A DNA stretch of 63,586 nt, counting the filler, from Craspedostauros australis (Eukaryota): the NCBI GenBank assembly GCA_030167865.1. It is 7 parts of 7 records of this genome, joined end to end, with 100 filler letters (N's around TTAATTAATTAA, not from the genome) between each part and the next. Parts side by side here need not be neighbours in the genome. Positions count along the whole stretch, not along the records: positions 1 to 16,988 come from JALAGF010005420.1; 6 more parts are not named here. The stretch is one strand, 5' to 3'. This document shows positions 1-11,541 of the stretch, piece by piece. The notes beneath the pieces were generated by a model. The model made no database searches, was not told the origin of the DNA, and was given only the letters and a program-made list of their open reading frames with translations. The translations under genes were made by a program, and so were the position numbers. Each line of letters starts with the position of its first letter. Within the stretch, counting starts at the first letter, position 1.

Positions 1-210
1 GTCCGCGATCTGCCTCATGTATTCGAGGTATTCTGCAGCATCTTGGAAGTCCGGCAATGTGATGGGCGTGTCCTTGGTGCTCGCGGCTGCTGCATCATGC
101 AATTGCGTGGTGCGACGCAACGCAGGCGCTGCCGAGAATGCCACCGATGTGGATTGGGAACCCAGGAAGCTGAGGAGGGTGCAGAGGGATGATGTGACTG
201 AGATCTTCAT
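1..210 (-). CDS. 5' part of a plastid-targeted protein (runs off the window start); product unknown
   Basis: ATG at 210 reads MKISVTSSLCTLLSFLGSQSTSVAFSAAPALRRTTQLHD... and stays open to base 1. It has a hydrophobic signal peptide, an SVAF cleavage motif and an R/S/T-rich transit peptide. It is absent from the ORF track because it has no stop in the window. Confidence 0.7.
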   Translation of the reverse strand, partial: MKISVTSSLCTLLSFLGSQSTSVAFSAAPALRRTTQLHDAAAASTKDTPITLPDFQDAAEYLEYMRQIAD

Positions 211-1030
211 GGTTCGTTTCAGACTATGCTTCTGTTGGGTGCTGGGATTAGAGGACGCAGAATATGAACAGAAAAGTGTTTTATGTTGCTCAGCTGCGCT
301 TCATGAGATAGGATGCCGCATGTTCCGGAAATTCCAACGTTGAGAGATCTGTGCTGTCCACACTAATGCGGATCGGCGTGCTGATGCTGTCGTCATCTTT
401 GATTTCACAGTCGGTGCGGTGGATCATGTGGCTGAAGAGCTCCTACCGATTGTCAGTTGCATCGATGGACCCCCAGAGGATCATGAGCACTCGGCAGGGT
501 TGTAGCAGGCATCCGCAGATGCGCCTCAGTTGGTGCTCATTCATCCAGGTTGGGTTGTTGGGTTGTTAGGAATTGCGGAAGCGCGAACAACCACGAAGTG
601 CACGTTTGTATGGAATCTGTTGGCCAAACGTGTGACGTTTGTTCGTGCACGATTGCAACACAGACCCGAACGAGTTTGTGTCAAACGTGCACTCGTGTCA
701 ACCACTTTTTCGACTCACGCGATCTTTGAACACGATATGGGATGTACGTGAGATTGTTCGTTTCTTCATTTTCCATCCGATTCCGCCACACTAGAACAGT
801 TGGTACAGAATCAAGCATTTTGTGAGCTAAAATGACAATACACTGTCAGAAAAAGCGCAAAAAACAGCTATCCATCGACGGCTAGACTCTAGACTCTTCG
901 CGCTGTCACCACCACCACCGCCGTATGATGCTGTATTTCACACCCAACATCAAGTTGGAGCAGCTTGGCTCCTTGCCATAGTCCACCGGCATTGACGTCG
1001 TTTCATCCTCACCACGATCCCATGACTATC

Positions 1031-4000
1031 TTAACTCATGTCAGTCAAGACCGACAGATCGTCGTCCTCAATGGTTGGGCTCGCGCCCGTGGATCTACTT
1101 CTATCACCGCTTGCACGCTCCTCCGTCTTCGACCCTCCTGCTGCAAATGGGCTGTTGGTCGTTGCCCCGGACATCATGTGAGATAGTGTATGAGATATCG
1201 TATCTCGACTCATTGGAGTACGTGCCGATGCCAGGTCGCCATTTGCGCTCGAGCCTTTTCCGGCCTGATCGCCGAATGAAACGGTCCTCGCTTCGACGAC
1301 GGCGCTCCTCTTCTGTTTGGCTGCGCTCACCTCCTCCTCATCGATGAACGCCGCATGCGTGGCACGGAAATCTGCGCACTTTGCTTCCGCGCCACATGAC
1401 TCGTAGAAACCCAACGCCTGAGTGAAGTACCGACGGACACGTGCGTCATGATTCTCTTGAGAGCTGCGACCTACTCTCAGAAAATGGTTGCCTGCTAGTT
1501 CGCACGCATACCCTGCCTCCTGGAGATACGTCCCAGCATCGGCTCGGGCGATGGCTTCACCATAGTGTGATGCGACAGTATCATGGTCTGCTGTTCCTAC
1601 CTTGATTGATTTCCTCTCTGCTCGGAGGATCAAGTACCGATGGTATGCATTGTTGCCTTTGGTTTCGCAGATGTGTTTGAGCTTTCGCTTGTGTTCTGCG
1701 AGCGTGCGAAGGTATTTTCTTTGTTTGGTTTGTCTGTATCGATTCGAAGCCATCATGCCGTGAAGGATTGCTGTCGATGTTGCGAAAGAAAAGCTGTTCG
1801 TCTCCATACCGTACTCTTTCAATTTCTCATGTACTCTTTCTGCGTATTCATACTTACCGAAGTATACCGCTATGTGAAGCCTTGCCCAACAACTGCCGAC
1901 GCGGGCGTGTGGTTCCAAGCTGTCGCATTTGTCGAGATCCATCAGCTCTTCCCAATTCAAGGCAAGCGCGCCGCTCATGTATCTGTATGGCTTGCTGACT
2001 TCCATGATCATGGCTTTGTGAGCAGTGATCTTGTAGATCTGCATTTGCTCCAACAAAGAGTCCGCAGCTGAAACCAGCACACCAAATGGATATCCTTCGA
2101 AGAATGCGTGCACCAAGAAATTGTTCCACAGCAAGAAGCCAACTTCGAAGTCTCCCGCGGCCATGGCTGTCACACGAGTGAGCTGATATGTTTGTGCCAC
2201 CTCGTGGGAGGGTTTGAAGTATGCGTCGACGTAGGATGTGGCGACAAAGCGTATCCACCCTTCCTTTTTCTTGTCACCGCCCATCCGTCCAAGGATTTCT
2301 TTTGCCAGTTCTGTGTACCTTCGTGCATTTTCGGTATCACCGAGAACTTGATGGAGCAGAGCAAATGCGGCGAGTGCGTCCGAAGACTCTTCGCAAATGC
2401 CGTGCTGTCTTGTGATCTGGATCATCTTCACCGCTGCAAGAATCCATGCAATCGCATCATTGCATTCGAATCCACGAAGAACGGCTTGGCGCAAGAACAC
2501 CATGGATAATGACACCCGGGCGTCTGTGGCCACCGGATTTTGCTGGAAGAACTGCTCATTACTCGTCCGTCGAAAGTAGGCTCGTGCAGATATCAATCCC
2601 CGAGCAGCATGGAAAGTGTACGCGCGCTTGGGATGTGCCCCACACAACAACGCGCAGCGTTGATTCAGCTCCAAGCTCTTTCGGTACTCATTCTGTTTCC
2701 CGAGGGCATTCGCCACTACCGCATACGTCGGGAGCTTGTCATCGACCGACCGCGCATGTTTCAGAAGCTCATCGCTCAAGGAGTAGCCAAGGTCATATCG
2801 GTTCAGCGAGAGCTCAACGTCGCATCGAGCACGGAGCAACCGCAAGGTCAGATCGTAGTGGTCCTGCCACGGGTCGCCCCGCACCTTCCGAAGCGATGTG
2901 TTCGCCAGTTCGAGGTACGTCGCGGCGGGCACTAGTGCCGACATATGCAAAGCGTGCTCACCGACCACGAGGTTTCGCCGTGTCGACGACATGTGATCCT
3001 TACTTGGGGTGCAATTGAGATGGTCGGCCGCGATGAAGATCAGGCCGTTGTCATTGTTGACTGCCTTGTCACAGACTGCCTTGTTCGTCGAATGCCCGCT
3101 TGTGTTGCCTGTGCACACATTCCACAGACATTCGCCTATGCGCAGGCGAAGCATCGTGCGTACCTCCCCGAATGGGACTAGCTCGCGTGAAGCCTGTTGG
3201 ATGCGGTCGTGGGTGAAACGGTAGCTTGTGCCTCCGATGGAGTTGGCGAGCAGACCTTCGAGGACGGCCTGTTCCAACCAATCCACAAGCAGCTTGTTTG
3301 GGTTGACGTTGTCCATGTTGCTATTCCCACCAAGGATATCATTGGTGGGATTGTGTTGCTGTTCATAGTCCCACACGACTTGCAACAGCTCCAACTCGAA
3401 CGAGGATCGGATGTACGATGCCAGCACGAGTGCCATTTGCAACTGGGTTGGCAAAGACCGCAGCTTTGATGAGATGAGCTGGATGATGTGGCTGGATCCG
3501 CTGTAGCCTCCATACTCCACCACAGAACCACCATTATCGGTGCCACCCTGGTCGTTGGAAGAGGCACCAGCAGCAGTATTCATCTCCCACTGGAAGGTGC
3601 TACGACTGTACACCAACACCTGACTTCGCTCCATGTCTTCCAGAAGCTGAACTGTATGGAAAATGTTACCATCCGTTTGTCTGAAAAGTAGATCGGTTGC
3701 CTCATCCACAGCGTCGTTGTCTTGTTGGAACAGTTGGGATACCCAGTCACGCAGCTGCTGCTTGTCGAAGTTGTTGAGGTGGATGTCGGTGTACGCGGGC
3801 GTTGCTGTTGCTTTGTCGATGACTCCATTGCTGTTGTTGGTGTTGGGATTGGCGGGGTTGTTCAAGTTGATGTCGGCCAAGAGCTTGCGGAACGGCATGT
3901 CGACTTCCAATTCCAGTACTTCATCCGGTGAATGAGGATTGACCTCTTGTCGGATGGTCCCGATCCACATAAAGTGGGAGCGATGCATGATGGACGACAT

Positions 4001-5551
4001 CAGCTCCATGCACTCTTGCGATGCCCATTGCAAGTCATCCAACACCATCACGACAGGACAATCCTTCGAGGAGACGGCACTCAAGAACTGCGCAAAGGTG
4101 TATTGGAATCGATTCCACGATGTATTCGATAATGAAACCTGCGGCGCATTGGATTGTGCACTGGGGCTGGAATTGGCTTGTCGTGAGGTCGGGGAAGCGT
4201 TGTCACTGTCATCATTGCTGAAGAGGATGGACAATGCTGGCACGAAGGTGAGGAGTAGGCTTCTTTGCTGGGATGTGAGGAGACTGGACTTGATGTTGGT
4301 TCGAAGTTGTTGCAGGAGAGGGTTGCCTGTGGTTCTCTGCTTTGCCGCTTCTTCGTTGTTCTTCGCACCAATCTGAGTGGGATTGTTTCCCTGTACTTGC
4401 GATGTCGATGTCGGTGGTGTTGGAATTGAGTCTTGCGCAGTCGCTCCTGAGGGCTTGTTGTAAGAAGCCAGTTGCTTGCACCAGTTCGAGAGCGCCTGGG
4501 TGATGGCAGAGAAGGGATCGCCCTGTTGATGTTCTTCGAATTTGCCCTTCAGGATGTGCACATCACGATGCGCGATGACCTTCGTGCTCTTTTTCTTTCT
4601 GTGCCTCCTCCTGTTCTCCTTCTCGAGATCGTCACGCAACTGATTGCAGAAGGTATCGACCAACTTGGACTTTCCTGTGCCGCTGATGCCCCACACGAAC
4701 ACAGCTGGCAGCAATGTTTTTCCAGTGGGCACTGGTTCAGGCGCCGACTCCTCCGATGCTGTCGCCTTGGCTTTTCTGCCTCTTCTGGCTGTCTTTCCAG
4801 CCACTACCATCTGATCAAAGGCGGCGCGCAGTGTTTCGAGTTCTTTGTCACGACCGAACACCGCTGCACCGCCGCCATCAAACAGAGTGTGCGGAACTTC
4901 TGTGTCCAGCTCGACCTCGTTGTATCCGTCATCGATGAAGTCGTTGCCGGAGGCGAGGGCGGTGTCATCGAGGACGGACGATGTTCTGATGGACGACGGT
5001 TGGATTGGTACTGGCGATGATGGCTTGTGATCGAACGATGCAGATTTACTCTGTGTCGATTCTTTGGAGAAAGCGGAACGAGCAGATTTGGAGGAAGCGT
5101 TGGAAACGGTGGTGCCGGTCGCCATGGCGGGGGTATGCGCCGTCGATGATTTGAGCGATTGCGTCGATGATGTTGCGCCATAACCATCCGTTCTCTTGCT
5201 GTTCATGGTGCCGTTCATGGTGATGTTCGTGGTGTTGTTGTTCATGGTGCCGTTCATGGTGGTGATGAGTTTCTTTTCGTCGGTGCCGATTCTGGCGACG
5301 GGAAAATCCTCGATGTTGTTGGTGGCACAAATTATGGGATCACGGTACTTCGCACGATGTCCTCGCTGAGCGGTGTCACGCCTCCACGTCAACTGGGCCA
5401 TCCCCAGGTTTGGCACGGGCGCACAACCACACCTCCCACAACCTGCTCGTGGAAATGAGAGCCTCGAGTTGTCGGATCGTGAAGCCCCCTCGCAACAAGG
5501 TGTGATACCACCGACACATGCACTCGCGAAAGCGACAAGCAAATGATCCAC
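1031..5551 (-). CDS. STAND-like AAA ATPase (AAA_16 type) with helical/TPR-like C-terminal region
   Basis: 1506-aa ORF with FGRDKE, Walker A GISGTGKS, GKFEE, Walker B VMVLDDLQWA, TDGNIF and YRFTHDRIQQA motifs. The true start may be the MNGTMN ATG near 5258. Confidence 0.85.
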   Translation of the reverse strand: MDHLLVAFASACVGGITPCCEGASRSDNSRLSFPRAGCGRCGCAPVPNLGMAQLTWRRDTAQRGHRAKYRDPIICATNNIEDFPVARIGTDEKKLITTMNGTMNNNTTNITMNGTMNSKRTDGYGATSSTQSLKSSTAHTPAMATGTTVSNASSKSARSAFSKESTQSKSASFDHKPSSPVPIQPSSIRTSSVLDDTALASGNDFIDDGYNEVELDTEVPHTLFDGGGAAVFGRDKELETLRAAFDQMVVAGKTARRGRKAKATASEESAPEPVPTGKTLLPAVFVWGISGTGKSKLVDTFCNQLRDDLEKENRRRHRKKKSTKVIAHRDVHILKGKFEEHQQGDPFSAITQALSNWCKQLASYNKPSGATAQDSIPTPPTSTSQVQGNNPTQIGAKNNEEAAKQRTTGNPLLQQLRTNIKSSLLTSQQRSLLLTFVPALSILFSNDDSDNASPTSRQANSSPSAQSNAPQVSLSNTSWNRFQYTFAQFLSAVSSKDCPVVMVLDDLQWASQECMELMSSIMHRSHFMWIGTIRQEVNPHSPDEVLELEVDMPFRKLLADINLNNPANPNTNNSNGVIDKATATPAYTDIHLNNFDKQQLRDWVSQLFQQDNDAVDEATDLLFRQTDGNIFHTVQLLEDMERSQVLVYSRSTFQWEMNTAAGASSNDQGGTDNGGSVVEYGGYSGSSHIIQLISSKLRSLPTQLQMALVLASYIRSSFELELLQVVWDYEQQHNPTNDILGGNSNMDNVNPNKLLVDWLEQAVLEGLLANSIGGTSYRFTHDRIQQASRELVPFGEVRTMLRLRIGECLWNVCTGNTSGHSTNKAVCDKAVNNDNGLIFIAADHLNCTPSKDHMSSTRRNLVVGEHALHMSALVPAATYLELANTSLRKVRGDPWQDHYDLTLRLLRARCDVELSLNRYDLGYSLSDELLKHARSVDDKLPTYAVVANALGKQNEYRKSLELNQRCALLCGAHPKRAYTFHAARGLISARAYFRRTSNEQFFQQNPVATDARVSLSMVFLRQAVLRGFECNDAIAWILAAVKMIQITRQHGICEESSDALAAFALLHQVLGDTENARRYTELAKEILGRMGGDKKKEGWIRFVATSYVDAYFKPSHEVAQTYQLTRVTAMAAGDFEVGFLLWNNFLVHAFFEGYPFGVLVSAADSLLEQMQIYKITAHKAMIMEVSKPYRYMSGALALNWEELMDLDKCDSLEPHARVGSCWARLHIAVYFGKYEYAERVHEKLKEYGMETNSFSFATSTAILHGMMASNRYRQTKQRKYLRTLAEHKRKLKHICETKGNNAYHRYLILRAERKSIKVGTADHDTVASHYGEAIARADAGTYLQEAGYACELAGNHFLRVGRSSQENHDARVRRYFTQALGFYESCGAEAKCADFRATHAAFIDEEEVSAAKQKRSAVVEARTVSFGDQAGKGSSANGDLASARTPMSRDTISHTLSHMMSGATTNSPFAAGGSKTEERASGDRSRSTGASPTIEDDDLSVLTDMS

Positions 5552-6454
5552 TTCTTCCTGTTGGGAGGCGCTTCTCGCGGAAGTGTCATTCGTGGCCGCA
5601 TCCGACTTGTTTGGGGATTCAAGGGTTCGCCTGCGTTGGGTGTTCTGTGTGGTCTGTGACTCTCGGGGACGCCCGGGTGTGTTCGCGCTGCGTTAGATAG
5701 CCCGTCCTCTTCTTCAGAACGGAAAACAAATCGGTGGGGCCTGATTGTTTACACAAACACCCGCAGAGGCGACACGACCACGAGATGAGACGGAAACGCG
5801 CGAACGTGATGTGACATCAAAATTAAGAGGAGTGGCCAATCACACAACTGAGATGGCACAGCGCGTATGAGATACAGAACTCCCCAACAAAACACGAATG
5901 CAGCGCCACGGCGGCAACACAGCAGCAGAATACAATCCCTCTTCCAGGTTCGTGAGTGCCGAATGGCAGTACCTGGTGTTGGAGCAACTGCTCAGCACCG
6001 GATGCTACCCGGTGTTCAACCGAAGGTCAATCCAGATGCAGGACAGTGAGATTGATGTGGGTGTATAATCAGATACTTTGAAATTGGTTTTATGGCCGTT
6101 TTGTTGTTGCTTTTGGCTTCTCTGCTGTTCTCCGTTGGTTTGCTTGCATGGTGTTGGTGGTGGCTGCCTGCTGTTGATTCGCACCGTTTAGTGACATCAT
6201 GGGCCTTTTGCGGTTTCGCCCCGTCTGCTCTCACAATTTGGCCTGATGCACCAACACCTGGATGTTGCCTGAAATCGACCTTGATGTCGCAACGAGTGCT
6301 GGGCCTTGGGATTCGGGGATGTTCCACATTCACTTGGGAGTCTCTTCCTCATGGCAACCCAGGCGCCTGCATCTGCGAGAAGGTACGTGTTGTGGACTCG
6401 TTGGAGTATGTAAGCTTCGCTCTGAAGTATTCTATTCTATTCTAGAATATAACG

Positions 6455-7699
6455 AATAATAATAATAATAACTCAGTGATTACATCATAGATGTGCCTCG
6501 AGGCTTTACCCTCGCCGCCACCGGCCCCATAGGGCACGGCTTTGAGCGAGCTGTCAAGTGTTGCCACTCATACTAATCCTAGCCATGCTGCCATGGTCTG
6601 CCGTTCTGCCTGCATCGACCGTGTTCGTCGCCTGGCCTTCACCGCCGCCTGTACCGCCGTCATAGCGCCAACCCATTGTCGCATTTGCGCTTCCGTGCCA
6701 TACTCGATGTTTCTTCCGTCTCGGAGGAGGTGGAGCTCTGACTCGTTCATGTCCCGACTGTTGCTCTGGAGCATCCGTCGCACCTGCTGGCGCAGGTCCT
6801 TCGTCGTCGGGTGCTGATCGCTCTCGTGTACCTTCGCGTTTCGAGCGTTCCACACCGCCCATGGAACCTTCCATATCCAACGCACCATCTCACGTGCCCA
6901 GGCTTTGGCATCCGGTTACTGACACTCGTGGGTCTGCATCCATAGTTTCTGCTGTCGCCTCCAGTCCCTGTGGACGAATCCGACGAGGAGAGGATACCAC
7001 CCAACGTGGCTTTGCGGCCCCTCGTTGTTCCGGTTGCGTCTTCATCTGACCAACCCCACTCGCATGTTGCCGACCAACCGTGGGCAAGTACCGATGCGCA
7101 CCATTCGGTCCAAAAGCGCCGCCGTGGCTTCCTGCCACGCCTCCTGGTGCTCGCTGCACTGCAGGACGTGAATCGTCGTCTCTTCCTGCGCACAAAATTG
7201 GCACTTTGGTGAGTCCTTTTGGCCCATCTGGTGCAGCTTCTTGTTCACCCCGACAAAGCCTGAAGACCACTTCGATATGAACCACGTCATCTCTTTGTTC
7301 TTCTTCGACGACCGGGCCTTTTTGTACGTATGCCAGTCCACTTGGGTCAGTTGGGCTTCGTCCCATTGGAATTTCGACGACCAATAGGTTGCAGCCGCCG
7401 CCGATTGCAGAAGTTCATGCAGTTCTCTCGCGTCGACGTGTGAATAGTCCGCATTGCGTAAGCGCAAGCGCCATCTTTCCATATCAGTTTCCCAGCGCTT
7501 CACCAGCCTTCGATCCGCTGTGTCGGTCCAGAACAGTTTGGCCTGTTCGTCGGCCACAACATTGAGCTGCTCCAGAGTCGTCAGTTGCTTCCCGGTGTCG
7601 TCTTGGTGGCCTTTCACCCACTCCCACTTCAGGGTAGCTTGGATTTCATGGCGCAGTGCACGGATCTCGGTAAGAATGTCCCAGTCCCGTTGCCCAGGG
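6455..7699 (-). mobile_element. 3' fragment of an Ambal-like non-LTR retrotransposon (degenerate)
   Basis: Frameshifted pieces WVKGHQDD..LNVVADEQAK (RNase H end), CQFCAQEETTIHVLQC (Zn knuckle) and WAVWNARN resemble the ORF2 C-terminus at 16100-16988. It ends in a (TTA)5 tail at 6455-6471 and is cut at 7699/7700 by an LTR. Confidence 0.85.
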
Positions 7700-7947
7700 T
7701 GATAAAACGATAATGAAAACGAAGTGAACTTACTGAACGCCGAAGGGTGATCAATCCGTGGTAGTGCAGTAGGTTGGTGAGTTTGAGAGTGAGAGTGTGT
7801 CTTAGTCTTTAAAGCTGTACGAATCCAAATGAGACTTTCAAAAGGATTGTGAGCATGTGATGCGCAGCATCCATTATAGTTGGATCTGCAACATCTCTAT
7901 TAGTAGTAACATAGTGGAGCGTTGAGTCTCCGTACGTGCAATCATCG
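7700..7947. repeat. LTR-like repeat, family A, copy 1 (truncated by gap)
   Basis: Starts TGATAAAACGATAATG and is near-identical to 8534-8781, but its left flank is different. Confidence 0.75.
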
Positions 7948-7997
7948 NNNNNNNNNNNNNNNNNNNNNNNNNNNNNNNNNNNNNNNNNNNNNNNNNN

Positions 7998-8281
7998 GAC
8001 AGGAGACCGAAGGAGAGGTACCTACAGGTCTACGAGTATGAACTTGACGAATGTAGGTACTCTCCAACTCTCAGCTAAACATGCGATGAACCACGATGAA
8101 AGCAAGATGAAGATGCAGACGAAAGAAGCCAAGCTAAAGGGTGAGACCTCGAGTGGCTACTGCAGATCATGCTTGTTGTGAAACTGGAATCGAAAGGAGA
8201 TGAGCATGTTGTGCTCACAGTTCTAAAACGGTACAGACTGATAACAGATTAGTCTACTACTATAACCCCGGATTTCCAACA
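7998..8281 (-). repeat. LTR-like repeat, family B (TGTTGGAAATCCGGGGTTATAG terminus)
   Basis: The reverse complement of 8260-8281 equals 39010-39031, and CTGTACCGTTTTAGAACTGTGAGCACAA is also shared. The TGTTG terminus is typical of LTRs. Confidence 0.7.
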
Positions 8282-8290
8282 AACAAGACA

Positions 8291-11200
8291 ATGACGAGAG
8301 GACAAGGAGAGATGGAAAGGCAGGCAGGGACAAACACAAAGGAAAACGGAGAAGAATTGAGGCAGAAAGATGGAAAACAAGGAAGAGGCATCTGCAAAGT
8401 CGAGTGCGCTGCAGGCAAGTACTGCAAGGGAAGAGGGCAAGCAGCAGCAGTGGTGCGATGCATTGTATGCAGCATACCAGCCCACCAAGAATGCAGAGCC
8501 TGGATCAAACCTGAGGAAGGCCTAGTAACACCATGATAAAACGATAATGGAAACAAGGTGAACTTACTGAACGCCGAAGGGTGATCAATCCGTGGTAGTG
8601 CAGTAGGTTGGTGAGTTTGAGAGTGAGAGTGTGTCTTAGTCTTTAANNCTGTACGAATCCAAATGAGACTTTCAANNGGATTGTGAGCATGTGATGTGCA
8701 GCATCCATTATAGTTGGATCTGCAACATCTCTATTAGTAGTAACATAGTGGAGCGTTGAGTCTCTGTACGTGCAATCATCGCGATGTCGATGTTGCCATT
8801 TCCAAGAGGAGACATCAATTTCGTGACGGTCGGAGAGAGAGTTTGTTGTTCACTCTCTTCCGATCAATTTGGGGGAACAAGGTTCATCCAACGGTTTGAC
8901 CCGATTGTCCGTTCAGGACAGGTCATGTCACGCCCATAAGTGGCGTGGGATGGCACGATCGCCCAAACCCAAATTCAGCGGACACGCAACATCGTCTTAA
9001 GTAGAGCACGATTCGAGGGTGGGACCCCATCCCACCGACATCGAGTCACGCTTCAATCCCGCTCAAACTCTGAGCAGTCGGTCATTTGACTAACTAAACT
9101 AAATCTTAACACGACTAATAGGAATACTAGTTTGAGCTAATACACCAAGAGGCTTCCCTGTGGTATGCACACAATGCATTGAGAACGATGAAATCATAGT
9201 GCAAGAAGCAAAAACAGGGCAAAAGTACGTCGGGGCGGCATCGGAGACTATCAGACAAGCACTGGGCAAGAAGTGGGGGAAGATGAAGGAACTCAAGAAG
9301 AAGGAGGACACCGACGACAAGGACAAGGGCAAGCAAGATGGAGTGATGAAGGATACACAAGACAAAGGAAAGGACAAGGGCGACAACGAGGGAAACAAAG
9401 CAGGGACAGACGAGCAGGAGAGCAGCAACGAAGAGCAGGAGTAGACGGATACATGGGACGACGGAGGAACTGAGGGAAACATGACAGTGACAACGGCATT
9501 AGAAGGGAACGACCAAGGCGGAAGCAAGAAGCGGACAGAGCGGAGCCCAAAACACGCGCTAGCAGCAGAGCAGCCCACCAAACGCAAGGACCTACGAGAA
9601 GTAGGGCAAGAAGCCGACAAGGCAAACGCAGCGACAACCAAGGAGACCAAAACGGCAGTAACCAAGACAACGGCAACACAGCGCACGTTAAGCGAAAGCG
9701 AAAGGAGTAACAAGGCGCGAGCAATGGACTGCGATGAAGAAACACAAGCGGGCAGCAACGAGAGCGGGATTGGAATGAACCCAACACAAGGCGGGGAAGC
9801 AATCGAGACATGCTATTGCGGCGTGCAGATGATGATTGAAGGCGGGGACGGGGCCAATGACGCGGGAACGGCAATCGACGCGGCCATCGCATCGTGCAAA
9901 GAGTTTTTGCGATCAATCCAATGAGTGAATGCAACAGCAAAGTTGTTACCATGGAATCCGTACGAAGACCAAACAATCGTGCATGCAATGGAATCATTTC
10001 CGACGGACATGACCAACCTGAAAAGATTCTTCAAAGGGGTGCGACCAATCTACAAAGCGGCAAAGGAGAAAGGATATCTGAAAGTGAAGATTGAGGCAAA
10101 AGGGCCCATCAACAAGATCACAGGAGAGCTGACGGATTACTTCCAGCACATTGGCGGAAGATTTGAAGTGGCAAAGATCCAAGCGCCATCCACGACAACG
10201 CTGGGCTGGCTCCTGTACTTTACTTGGCAGATCGACGCGGACGCATTGGAAGCAGAGCTTACAAAGCTGGCTAAGACACAAGTGGCAATCACCTGGAAAA
10301 GGATTGCAGACGGCGAGAAGTACGACCCTATCAGGGATACGAAGAAGGATCCGAGGGCACTCCACGTTGAATCAAGCACCGACGACAGAGCATTGGTGGC
10401 CAAAGTGTTGGAAGTCTACTACAGCACAAAATCCAAGAAGTTCCCCCTGGGGGTGAGGATGAGAATCATCACGCTGCTGTCGGGAATCATCAACACGGAC
10501 ATGAGGAAAGGGTGGTTTGAGCTGCGGGAACGGCAAATGGAATGGTGCCTACATGCAGTGGCAATGACGACCTACAACATCATACCAGAATGTCTGCAGG
10601 AGATACCAGACGGTACCAACCTGACGCTCAGAGAAATGGTGATGAAGATCAAGTCGACAACAGGCAACGTCAAGACGCCCCTCTTCACATCGATCGACAA
10701 ACAGTGGAGAGGCAACGGGTATGTGCTACAGTTTCACCCTGAGAAGATGGCGGAAGCAAGGATGGTGGTGAAAGGGCTGCTGGTCAAACTCACAGCCGAC
10801 TATGGCGAGGAAGTGGAAAGGCTTTTCACATCCATGGCCAGGGTCGAAGCCAAGACAATGAAATGGGACGCAACAACAAAGAGGGTGATATCCGAGAAAG
10901 ACAAAGAAGTGGAGGCAGCAATGGCAGTGGACGAGGACATGCATTTCCAGACAACTGAAGGCGAAGAGGATGGCGATGAGGAGAAAGAAGCGGAAAGAGG
11001 GATCACTGTGAGGCAAGAGAAGGATGATGGAGACGAAGATACCATACCCTCCATGCGGGATACACGGGCATGGCGACAGGTCCGAGAGGAACGCAGTGCA
11101 AAACGAAAAGCTGCACAGCAAGCACGAGAAGAAGAAGAGTCAACAACATCGACCATTACAGGGGCAAGCCGGGGTACGTCAGGCACGCAGAGAGACAAGA

Positions 11201-11541
11201 TGGCGGCGTTGCAAGAGCAGATGGGGAAGATATTGGAGGCACAGGCACAAGGGTCAGTGACGTCAACACTGTCAGGAAGTACAGGACGGACAACAGGAAC
11301 GACAAGAGCAATGATGGCCGCAATGCAGCAGCAAATGGAGGAGCTCAAGCAATTGGTGGTGACAACAAAGGAGGAGAATGAAGCGCTCAAAGCAGCAGGC
11401 AAGCTGCGCGCAACCGGTACGGAAGTAAGACCACCAACGGTCCAGTGCATAACACAAACCATTGGAATGGGTGACGACCAGGAAGAGGCGCACGATGAGC
11501 AAAGAGCTGGGGAACCGAGAGGGGACCCGGCGAACGGTTAG
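8291..11541 (+). pseudogene. LINE ORF1 with N-terminal PHD-like finger and C-terminal coiled coil
   Basis: ORF-track pieces 8291-8536, 9160-9444, 9481-9924 and 9925-11541 form one frame once 8534-9147 is removed. Premature stops are at 9442 (TAG) and 9922 (TGA). Confidence 0.8.
8534..9142. mobile_element. Solo LTR-like insertion, family A, 609 bp, 5-bp TSD CACCA
   Basis: CACCA occurs at 8529-8533 and 9143-9147. Termini are TGATAAAA...GAGCTAATA. Removing the insertion restores the ORF1 frame. Confidence 0.8.

Noticed and set aside
7700..9142. The two family-A repeats as paired LTRs of one element
   Set aside because: The second copy has its own TSD and sits inside LINE ORF1, and the intervening DNA belongs to other elements.
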